Assembly: GCA_907165135.1 (NCBI GenBank)
Contig: OU015569.1
Span: 5,456,001 to 5,520,000 of the forward strand
Source: Oikopleura dioica
Lineage: Eukaryota; Animalia; Chordata
Length of the DNA stretch: 64,000 nt
Direction: 5' to 3'
Shown: positions 48,478-59,902 of the stretch, in pieces
Numbering within the stretch: position 1 is the first letter of the stretch
Layout: each line of letters starts with the position of its first letter
The notes under the pieces: model-generated
What the model saw: only the letters and a program-made list of their open reading frames with translations
Databases searched by the model: none
What the model was told of the DNA's origin: nothing
Position numbers and translations under genes: made by a program

Positions 48478-51400
48478 ATGGGACGGAGGCCGTTTTTGGC
48501 GATTTTCGCCATCTATGGCATAAGTACTGTTAATGCACAGGCAAGGGTCTTTGATTCTTTTGAACAAGAGATAAAAAGAGCAAGCGATCTTGAGAAAATC
48601 AAACGACGGCCGACACTCGTCAAAAATCCACGTTATTTTTCCTCCGAGAGAGTGCACTTCGCTTCCAAAGACAGTAATTTTGATTGAAGAGTTAAATGAA
48701 AGTCAAGCTCAAATAGCATATCCTAGATTATGGACAAGACCCTAATTAGGAGTTTAATGTTATCTCATGTGGATACAGCGAAATAGTCCTGGAGCTCAAC
48801 GACTTACCAGGAGCGGGTCGAATCTAAATTGACGCTCATCTTTCATCTAAATATTTACGAAAAAACGCTTGACGGAAATTGAGAGGCGCAACGAAAGCCC
48901 TCCAGAACACGATAATTGGGCAATTTAAGTTAATCTGAAAACTAACTGATCATCAGACTATTTAGCATTTCATCTAATTACCATCTGTGCAAGAAGTGCT
49001 CGCCTCACAATTTCAAAAACCGAAGTTGTAAAGAAATTATTCCACTTTTCGGAATTTAGACGAAGCAAACAGAGCCTTAAGTAAACTTATTCATCATTTT
49101 TGACGTTTGGACAGTATCTTCTTGCGCTTGATATGATGGATGAAAAAACGAACGGGTTTTCTTCCGTTCGTTTTTTTAATAACAAAATCTTTGAGTTTCA
49201 AACGTTGACGGCATTAGCCGTTCTATTTCCTTACCAGGGTTGTTAGATTCCTCTCGAGGCGCGAAGAAAAGGGATGAGCTCATTTGGCGACCCGAGTGAA
49301 AAGAAATCTTACAGGATTATACAGTAGGTAGGATTGGAGACTGCTCGATGGACGGAGGGAATCTATTCAACTTCACGAATCAGGAAAGGGCTCTTTTTGT
49401 AGTCGAGTTTATTTTATCTCACTGAATATTCAAACTTTCAGCAATTTATGGAGCAACTTGAAAGGACAACATGCAAACTTGGAGTTACAGTTGTGGCTTT
49501 TCTCAAACAGAAAACGCGACCCACATCTCGTTTGAAAATCAGATCGAGTGGACGAGAATAGCATCAACGGTTCCAAAAGTTATATTTGGAAATCAGGAGA
49601 GTGTTCTCATTCCGCGCAAAAATATATTTCATAACATTGCGCTCAAGAACGTGCGCTAGTTCGATAATTGGCACAAAACTTCAAATTTCTCCTGTCACTT
49701 TGAGAAGACGCTGTCGACGAGTATGTGCGTGTCTACCAAGTGCGATTTCTGCGAGGACTGCTTTTGGGATCCGCTGAATAACTGCACATACACTTGTGAT
49801 ATCACGGAGCCATGCATCTGTAAAAAGCCTTCCGTTATCATTTTGGAGCCAATCCCCGGCGATGGCAGTTTTGATGTCAGAACAGGGCTCTACTATGACG
49901 AGCATTTGGAACGGCCGATCACGGCGGCGGATGAAATTGAAAAAGATGACGAAACCTGGATCGGTATCGAGCTAATCGACATCCAAAAACCGACTTTAGT
50001 CGTGGTTGTCGAGAAGCTTTGGGTCACAGCAACAGATGACCCGGACCCACCAGAAGGTTCTGTTATTCTGCTTAGAAAACTGCCAACTGGGTGTGCGATC
50101 CTGCATCCACTCATGGACGGCTACCCGATGCCGAATCCATTCGATAAAGAGAATCCAGAAGAGCACCCACATATGGCATTCAGAATCGACTTCATGGGCA
50201 TTTCTGAAGCGTTTGCTAATATTCCAGACTTCCGAGGTTTCTTCATCCACGTTATAACAAAGGTTTAGAACCATCAAACACTGAATTTTTATGGACCGCG
50301 CGTCGCATAATGAAATTGTTTGATTACCGGCTGCTTAAATCTATTTAGGTCTGCGTTACGAATGGAGAGAACTGTATGGGAACATGTCAAGAAGGACAAG
50401 TTTATTAGTCAAAAACTAGCACTATAAGTTAACATATTTGATATATCGTATTGTTTAAATCAGATTATCCGGAGAATCAAATAATTGTAGTTAATTTCTG
50501 TAATTATTGCATAACTCAACGAAGGGGAAGTAGAAAAAGATGCTGCGGAAAGGAGAATGGCTTTGGGAAATATGTCAGAAGCAAATAATAACGCTAGAAC
50601 TATGCAGCTAGATGTTGCATGCACTCGCTACGAAGATGAAAAAGGAGCAGACGAGGAAGAGGAAGAGATTTTGAAGAGAACAACGACAACAGCAAAACCA
50701 AAGACAACATTACCAAAGTGCACCGATTTCCCCACTTTTGGTGATGGCTTTAACGATTATTCTTCCCAAGTTACCACCAGTGCTAATCTCACTATCAATC
50801 GAAAAATTTCGCCTAAAGAAGTCGACCTTAGAACAAGGTAATATCTTTCAAACTAAAATAGAAAAGCCATTTGAACTCAGTTTTATTTTAAAAGGGCTAA
50901 TGTGACTTTCAGAATTTGGAGAGAGATTTTAAAATTAAACGAACACAAGAAAAATATTCTCGGAAAGCAACCACGAGATGAGCACAAGAACACAGCACTT
51001 GACAGAAGCAACAAAATACATAACTCTACTGGCTTTACAAGAGAAAGCAACAGAGAGTATTTTGAGGAAGGGCTTTCCATATCTCAATACGGTTATCAAT
51101 TTAAAGCCATGAATGGCACTTGTTAACAAGCCGATCTAGGGGCAGATGGCGCAATGTGAATTCTAATCAGTATGAACTCTTATCGCCCCCTAGATATAAT
51201 TTATATCATATAAAACAACCCTGCAAACTCAGAGAAAAACCCACAATCCGATAATGGCTAATAGACGAGCTTTTAATGATATCATATGCAAGATCCTTTA
51301 TGGAGTAATAGCTGATCGCTCTTCAATCAATGGGCTGAATTTCTGTGAACCTATCAATTTAATCTTCCTCTTATCATTTTGCTTCATTCTAAAATACTCA

Positions 51401-51855
51401 ATTTGGAGGAAAGCTCTAATAAGCTCTTAGAACAATACAAAGCTGAATTGGAAAGAGAAAAATTGGAAGAAGGGAGAACTAGAAGATCGGAAGACGAGTT
51501 TTCTCAGGAAAGAATCAACTCTCCGAGTCAGTTCTTCGAGCACAATGGAGGGAGCAAGAAACTCTTTCAAAAAGCAGGAGTGATAGAAACATTCGGGCCC
51601 TGGCCGTTTTTTCTCTCGAACAGGGATCCTCTAACTGGAGAGCAAGCAGAGATCTTTTTCGGTTCTCCATCGAGCTCTTCGAAATTCGGGACGTGGTCGA
51701 ACTCGAGTAAGTAGCGGTAAACTGTCACAAACAAGGAAATAATTTTTGTAGAGCCCGGTCACGTTGTGCTGGTGCTCATCCTGCTAGTCGACGTTGCCCT
51801 TGGAGTGAATGCATTAAGGCTAAAGCGGAAGCAAAGCGCCAAACTACTGGAGTGA
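48478..51855 (+). CDS. ZP-domain-like secreted/membrane protein (exon chain partly inferred)
   Basis: Signal peptide MGRRPFLAIFAIYGISTVNA; ZP-N-like SCGFSQTENATHISFENQI and NFSCHF; ZP-C-like VVEKLWVTATDDP..LLRKLPTGC and FFIHVITK|VCVTNGENCMGTC; furin-like RTRR; C-terminal TM and short tail HVVLVLILLVDVALGVNALRLKRKQSAKLLE*. Confidence 0.55.
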
Positions 51856-52187
51856 TTACTCGGGCAAGTCTTTCTCGTCTTTCTCAAATATCTTTTCTAA
51901 AAAACTCGATTGCAAATTATATTTGACCCTGTTCTTTCAACTGCATGATCAATGCTACTACAAAGTACTCTAAAACGAAGAAAATAATTCTCATCTTGTC
52001 AACTTTGACGCTTGGCAGTTCTCCATAGTTGATCTTTACTGATTCCTACTTGACAAGGGTTACCACTGGCGAATAGTCAGTAGCGCAAGGGCACTGACAA
52101 TTTTCAGCTTCTAACAAGGACAGATTGAATAAAGCATAGCTGGAAATTATTTATTTTTTGTAAAGAAGATATTTTGGAGGGCATGAG

Positions 52188-53572
52188 TTAATTCTGGTCA
52201 TAATCGTATTGATTCAAGGCGATGTCCATTTCAGCATCCATTTCCACCTAAAGACACATTTCAATTGTCTGGTTATCTAGTTTACGGAGTTTGCGTCGTA
52301 AACGGAGCTCCCAAAATATTAAACGTACTTGCATACAAATAAATTGAAACTCGGCTTCGCCAAAAATTCACATTATGGTTATTTTTTTACCTGGTTCTGT
52401 AAATCGACCTGATCATCCATGTACTGCTCGTATGCATCTGCCATATCACGTTCAGCCGCTTGTATTTCCATATCAACGTTGCGCTTGGAAATATTTTAAT
52501 TGATCGAATGAAATTTAAGACTCGCTGTCACAATTTGACAAAGGCTTAGCCTGGACTGCCTGACAGTATGTCACTTACGCGGTAAATAAAATTTTACGGC
52601 TGAAACCGCGGATGGAGCTTTTAAGAATATATTTTTGAATAATTCAGATTCTGTTCAATTATATTACCCTAATTATGCTAGTTTCAAATATAACCAAAAA
52701 TCTTGGAACTCTTTTAAATTTTCACGGCCATAATCGTTATGCAATGATCAGCTAAAAAAATAGAACGTTGTTTTTGCAATAACTTCTAATTTTGGAGTGA
52801 AAAGAGCCCGACAAGATTCTGCTCTCAGAACCTGTCTAAACTCTGGCCCGAATTATTATATAACTCGGAACCGAAGTCCTTTCTAACCTCGTGAAACTGA
52901 TTGAAGTTCATTGACCCGTCTTTCGAGGCTTCCGCAGAGGACCACGTCGTGAGCACTCCGAGGGCTACGTTAGGATGTCTCTGTTGTAGATCTAAGATCT
53001 GTTGGTACACCCTTAAGCGCTCGACAATATCCATGTATCGAAGACATGCAGAAAGAGTAGACTTTGAAGCTTTCGATTTCCAGAGACGTGTACTTTCGCA
53101 CAACGTGCTGTTTTTATTGGATAAGTGATAGATATTCATTTCAAATAAACTATCACGCCACTATCAGTAACCTTCGTCCTTATGGAGAAAATATTATCGA
53201 AAGCCGTTCCAGAGCAAGCAAAATCTCGACGATTGAACTTATTCCGATACCGATGAGGGACCACAAGGAAAGCGCGTTCTTCTTTGTCCTTGTTATCTCC
53301 ATAATATTCTCATGCTCTTTTATGAAAACGAAAATAACGAGAACAAGCATGGCGATTGAAAGCAGCGAGCAGATTGCGGTTACAATGACAGTAGATTTCG
53401 GAGTTTGCATGGAATACTTAGAGGAAACGACTTTGAGTATCTTACTGTATGTAGCCTTGCTTACCGAAAATATCCCACAGAAGATAATGACTAATCCAAC
53501 CACGACTGGCTCGATGAAAATATAACGAAAGACGTGCTGATATAATATAAGAAAACCAAAGCAAATGTACAC
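52188..53572 (-). CDS. Unassigned multi-pass membrane protein (exon linkage tentative; ORF 53793-54287 may be an upstream exon)
   Basis: Three hydrophobic segments in ORF 53180-53572, followed by same-strand exon-like segments with AG/GT ends at ~52825-53139, ~52394-52480 and 52188-52247. Confidence 0.35.
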
Positions 53573-55727
53573 TTAGGGAAGGATATACTGTATTAAATAT
53601 ACAAAAATTCTATATTTCGGCCTCTAAGAGGCTAAAGGTCCTCGCTCTTCCCGTGAAAAGCTCAGTAGTTAGAAAAGTTTGAAAAACTGTTGAATATTAG
53701 CCTTGCAAACCGAGCTAACCTGAGTCAAAACTGCGATGGTGATAACTTTTTATGGGTAGCGCGGAATTGATCTGGTTCACTTCGCACGTATTCTATTCGA
53801 GTGTATCCCTGTCAAATCCGACGCTGAGATGATACCGAACATGGCGATTTGGTTTCAAGGATCTGAAATAGACCAAGTCATTCCAGCCAGGCACGCCGAG
53901 CTCGCAGTGGAGCTGAATATGCACGGTAACTACTGCTATTGGCTCTTGAAAAGCATTACGAACCTTACTAGAAGATGGACCTGTTCGGCTGTTAACTCTT
54001 TCGAAGTGACGCTTGAAGAGCAGGCTTTTGGCAATGACTTCCTCTTTATCTCTTTTTGACACTGGCTTTGCCGGCTGACCAAAATCGAACGAGTCTCTTT
54101 GTTCTCCGAGGCAACTCTGATAATTTTCGTAGAAAACTTCATCTTGGGAAAGCTCTGGCGACGTGCTCGGGCAGTGATCCGAGCGGTCCTCCGTTAATTT
54201 AGCACTAAATTGAGCACTATATTCGCGACTAGTGAGCGCGCTTCTCCGTCCGAAACAGTGATTACCCAAAAGATAGTTTATATGCAAAGTAGAGAGCTAC
54301 TGTAAAACCGGGTTATAACTTAGAATAACTTATATGTTCTCGAGTTCAGAAAACACGAAAAATCTAACAAGTGTAACTTGTAAAATTGTCCCTCTTGACA
54401 TTCTCTTTGCAAAATACTTTTATAAAAATTCGAGTTCCGATTTTATCATAAAAGCATTAAATACCTTACTATGAGCATCGGGTCACTTGAAAAAAACAAT
54501 TTATGAGAAAAAAACACCTTTACTCCCCATTCCTTCACTAGGAAGATAGAACCTCCTCTCCATTCTCGGTCGAGTGACAATTTCTGTTCATTACTGTCGC
54601 AAATTCATGCGTGCTTTTAATGCACGAAAATCAACCATAGTTTAAGCTTAATTCACTGTGAAGTGAAAGGAAGAAATTTACTTTGGACGCTCTATTCAAG
54701 CTTTACCTAATTCATTTATCAATTTGAATATGAATTGACCACGGGACGCGAGTCCGGTTATAATAAAAAGACACGTTTCCATTTGGGTAATTGACTCTTT
54801 CAAGAACTTTTCTTACCTACTTCACTCCTCTGTTCGCAAAGAATATCAATAGAACTCTTGATCGGCCAGTGCATTGAATAAGATGTGTATTTTCGGTGAG
54901 GCGCATGCATATTTTATCAAACACTGGATATTGAAAGTGCTTAGAGATGAAGAAGCGCTCAATAAAAGGCTTTTTTTTTGTACTAAAAAACCGCTTTCAT
55001 TCTGCTACTATCAGTTTTACTGGAAAGCCTATGCAGCATGTTCAATTACAGAAATTATTTTCAAATAAACGCAACGAGCGTATCAAGGCTCGGTCAAATA
55101 AAAATAGCGAAATTTCATCTTGAACGAAAGTTTACGACTCAATTTAAAATGCGACCTTTCGCTTTTAAAGAAAGTAAAAGGGATCACCGATCAATTATCC
55201 TCTGCTTGGAATTATTAGTCACAAAGCTCGTAAAGTCATGAGCTGGCCAAGAGTAAACAATCAAAACGACTTTGAAATTTTTTTTTCTCAAACGCGAAAG
55301 AGCCTCTTGACACGAATTTCGCAGCCTGTTTTGCGCTTTAAGTCCACTCAAAGACTTATTTTTCTCCGGTTATTATTCTTACCCGCGCGGCTATTCCTAT
55401 TTTGTCCTGTTTTCCTGTGATTTTTTTATTAGAGATTCAATTTTCCCATTTTAGAAACTTCCTTATTTTTTCAAACGGAATTTGGCTTATGAAAATTTTG
55501 ACATAGAGAGTGATTGAAAAAGGGATAGAATTTTGGTACAGGGTTTCAGCTCCGCCCTTCGGCTATTTCTAGTTCATGCTTTGCCACATCACCGAGAGAG
55601 AGAGCGGCGATGCACTGGAGGCCCTTTTTCTTCAATTGATTTCCTCGGAATTGATTGTATTTTTTCTTCAGAATACGACATCGAAAGGAATTTCCTCTTT
55701 GTTCGTACGCAGTGAAAACTAGATAAA

Positions 55728-56773
55728 ATGGCGAAGAAAGAAAAGAAGGAGAAGAAGAATAAGACGATTAACGATCCCCTCGCCGGACTCAAACTAGTTC
55801 TTCGCTATGTCTTTTACGGAATCGGTTGCTATGCTACATTCATGGCCATCTACTTCTTTGGGTAATTTAGGAGTCAAAGAGTTTAGTGCTATCCAAATTC
55901 TAGGCCAACGATTCAACAAAAGATCAAGGACGCCATGAGCGATGTTCTCGTCCTCGGCGAATCCAACTTCGATGCGGCTCTTGCTCGCAACGAGGAGATA
56001 ATGGTTGAGTTCTACGCTCCCTGGTGCCCGCATTGTAAGCGACTTGCGCCCGAATACGACACAGCCGCTGCTCAGCTCAAATCTCATAACATCCAAATTG
56101 GAAAGGTATTGTCTGAAGCGACAACGAGGAATGCGTAACGTAAAATTTTAGGTCGACTGCACTCAGCACAATGCTCTTTGCAAGAAGTATGATATTAGTG
56201 GTTATCCCACTATGAAGATTTTCGTGAAGGGCGAAGACGAACCCAAGAGTTACGACGGCGCACTCACCGCTGATGCCATCGTTTCAAAGATGCTCCACGA
56301 GGTTATGTCCGAACCTATTCCAGAAACTCAAGGTAATATTTTTGCGAAAACGTTTCTTCTAATAATTCAGGCGATAACAAAAAAATTGTCGCGAAAAACT
56401 TTAACGATCTCGTCATCAACTCTTCCGCCGATGTTTTCGTCAAATTCTATGCACCTTGGTGCGGCCATTGCAAAGCCATGGCTCCAGCATGGGAAGAATT
56501 TGCTACTGCTCACAAGGATGACGATTCCATCATTATTGGCGACTTTGATGCCACTGCTAATGAACTAGGCAAGTCGATCTAACATTAACCATTTCATAAG
56601 GAACTTCAGAGCTCGAGAGCTACAAGGAACTTGTGAAGGGATATCCATCCATCCTCTGGATTCCTGCTGGCGACAAGACGAATCCAGTGAAATACCAGGG
56701 AGGACGATCCCTCGAGGATTTCGAAAAATGGCTTTCAGAAAACAGAAGCTCCGGAGCAAAGGATGAGCTTTAG
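55728..56773 (+). CDS. Two-thioredoxin-domain protein disulfide isomerase with an N-terminal signal anchor and C-terminal KDEL
   Basis: [12 protein letters not shown] + hydrophobic segment; [12 protein letters not shown] and [12 protein letters not shown]; ends SGAKDEL*; 5 exons, last intron GC-AG. Confidence 0.9.
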
Positions 56774-57162
56774 TGCAATATGAATATCTTCGCAGAACTC
56801 TGTGTCCTAATATCTTCCAGATTTTTATCTTTCCTAACTGTGCTAGGCAACATGGCCCGTTTGTGCCAAGCAGGGTTAGATACAGTTATGTTTTAGTAAC
56901 ACGCGTACGGTTTTTAGGCTAATGCACCAATAAACTATATTTTGAATTCGAATCGAGTTTTTCTCTTGCAATAAGAAAGGCGCATGCAACTCTAGCAGAA
57001 GATAGCGTTAGCAAGAAGAAACATCGAAAACGAGTGCTTCTTCAATTGTGGAATGTGATGAGCTTGAACTTCGCCGATGGGCAGTGTATTTTCCTATTTT
57101 CGGCATTTAGGTCACTGTTTTTTTCTAATAGTGGCAGAATGAAATCATGATCTGCTCCTTCG

Positions 57163-59074
57163 TCAATCATCCATAGGTTCTGCTTTTGTGTCCACTTCTG
57201 GGGCCTTCTTAGACGGCAGGAATTCGCTTTTATCCGACTCTAGATTTGCTTCCGGACCCCATAACGTAATTATTCTATCATAACTCGACGTGGCGATGTA
57301 GTCTCCTTTTGTCGATAAGTCTGCTGACATAAGTTTGCCAGAATGTGTCAAAGTCTAGATTAGACGTAAGTTACTACTGCCACAATGACTGATCTCACCT
57401 TAACAGGAAGGAATCCCGGACATGCCCAGATCGCTGCTGTACTATCATACGATCCGCTGACCAAATAATCGCCCATGCCCTTCTGGTATCTGAGCGAGGT
57501 AACGATATTTTTGTGCGCAGGAATGGAATAAATGCATTTTTGTTGTCTGATGTCCCAAATCTATGGAGAAATTAACAACCTCGTTTTTTGCAGTCACTTT
57601 TACCTTAATATGATTGTCCGCAGATCCAGTTGCGAGCTGGTAGCAGTTCGGCGACCAAGTCACACAGTACACTTCCTTCAAATGACCAGCTAGGGTCATT
57701 ACACACCTTCCAGAGCGCAAATCCCAAACGCGTCCGTACGTATCCAGTCCCGTTGTAGCCACGAGGGCACCATCTTCCTATGGAAAACTTTTTAAGACTC
57801 TCTGGTGAATAAACTCACTTGAAACGATATATCATGGACTCCTTTCAAGTGCCCTTCTTGATGGAGTACTTCTGACTCAGCCTCCAAATCCCATAATCGC
57901 CACGAAGCATCGTAGCATGTGACGCCAAGGAATCTTCCGGAGGGATGGAAATTCGCTCGGGGAACACGCCTAATCATAAACGCTTTATCAATTACGTTCT
58001 AACAAGCCTTTTTTACCCTTCGTGGCCTTCTAGTACAGCCAGGGGCTCATCTGAAGTCATCGACCACAATTTAACTTCTCCGTTGGAAGCAGTAGTTGCC
58101 AAGCAGCATTCGCTTTCTTCAACAGTAACAAGAGCGCCGGGATGCCAGACGACGGCGCCGATTTGCAAATCGTGCGCTGGGATTTTGTGAACTTCTTCCA
58201 GGTCTGGCACGCTCCAGACTTTGACAGAGCCGGTGAAACTACCAGTGGCGAGGTAGTTCGAGTCGGGGGAGAAGTTGCACGAAGAAAGAGGCCGAGTGTC
58301 GCCCACTTGCGAGCCGATCATTTGAACGGACCCGGCTGACTTGTGAGCTAGCTGAAGACGGGAGAGTTTCTTAGCTTCGGGAAGATCGCGGTACTCTCGA
58401 GCGAGGGAGAGTCGCTCTCTTGCTCTAGGTATGCTAACAAAAAGTGTTAAAAAGCTTGTATACAGTGACTTGTTACCTGTAGTCTTTGATGAACTCTCGG
58501 GCAGGGATAAGCTCGTCCGGACCTTCGTGATACCAGGTTGTCAAGTTCAACTCTCTCATTTGCGACTTTTCGGCTGCAACAGTTTTCGTTTCTTCAAGTT
58601 TCGCCATGGTCGCATCATCGACTTCAGACAGGATCATCCTGAAAGATTAAAACTGCTTCAAGAACCGCTTTAAATACCTAAGACGCGATCGTCTATCAGC
58701 TGGATCTTCGCCGAAAAGAGTGATCGGTTCCCCTAGTGCTCGCAAAGTCGCCTTGACTTCTTTATCATCCGTCGAAACCGCCATCTTCCGAGCTCTTTTT
58801 CGTTTTTCGAAGTCATCCAGCAAAGATTGATGGTGTCCTTCCGTTGTTACATCCATAACAGCATTGATATCCGCCTAAATGATTTTTTAACACTGTCAAA
58901 GTAATTTGAAAGAAAATATGCTGCAGATATCTGTTCCGTCTATTGCACAGAATTTATATCCGCGCCAACCTTTTTTTGCGCAGCCCTTTCTTGCTCCCTC
59001 TTCATCCATTCTGGCATCTGGTTCTTGTTAGTGATATTTTTCTGGCGCACTGCGCCTTTGATAAGGTCGTTCAT
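57163..59074 (-). CDS. PRPF4: U4/U6 snRNP protein Prp4 (WD40)
   Basis: [86 protein letters not shown]. Confidence 0.95.
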
Positions 59075-59902
59075 CTTCTTCTGTAATTTACTGTTCTCTA
59101 TCCCTTTTACTTCACTTTTGCTTTCTCTTCGAGACTCTCCAAGCGCAGCCTGATTGGTCGCTGCGCTTCATTCACTAAAACCAAAGTAAAGGATCAAGGG
59201 GCTTCAAAGCATCTTCAGCCCAACTAGCGTCTTTCAGATTCAACAGTCAAGCATTTACCTGAACTTTTGTAATATTTTAAAGCTGCCACAAATCGTGCAA
59301 TTTTCTTTCCCACCATCATCCCTTAGGGAGTCAACGCCTTTTTAGACAAGAATGCGAATATTGGGTAGCAGACGCTCCACCGCAAGAGTGTTCGCCAATT
59401 TACCGCTAATTATATATCCAGCCGGCAGTTTTTTCATGCTTAAGCAGTTCATAAGCGTTCAAATTAACTTTCGTCAAAAGATAAAAGAAAAAAATAACAA
59501 TCATATCTCTTCCTATTCTTATTTAACTAAGTTGAAAGAAACAAAAATATCAAGAGGCAAACCTAAACCATCAACTACTGTAGTTGAGTTTTTGAGTTTT
59601 TTCACGAGCCATGCTTCAAGGAGTAGTGAATACCCTAAGCGCAGTTTGACGCTAACTGCGCGACGTGGGTTTTTTTGCTTTTGGCCACTGGCGGCCAAGC
59701 GCCAAAGTCGTTTTTTTCCCGATCGCGAATGCGCTCTGGAACTCAAGCTCGTCAGGGCACGTCGCTTCCATGGAAACAATGAGCTTTTTTAATAGACGTG
59801 AAAGAGAGAAAGAAAAAAGTGAAAAATGAGGATGGGTTTACTGTTCTAGATTCTGTTGATATTTGTTTTTGGAACAGAAAGAGAAATGTCTGGAATGTTT
59901 AG
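59075..59902. promoter_or_regulatory. Probable bidirectional promoter between PRPF4 (-) and PUM3 (+)
   Basis: Divergent gene starts; GC-rich core at ~59640-59780 containing the X-box-like GCTTCCATGGAAAC (59764-59777). Confidence 0.4.

Noticed and set aside
49143-49176. Rho-independent terminator
   Set aside because: The context is a eukaryotic intron; kept only as a hairpin.
49597-49659. GA-AG intron in the ZP-like gene (CAG|GAGAGT...CGCTAG)
   Set aside because: Phase-0 GT donors nearby fit equally well, so a non-canonical call is not supported.
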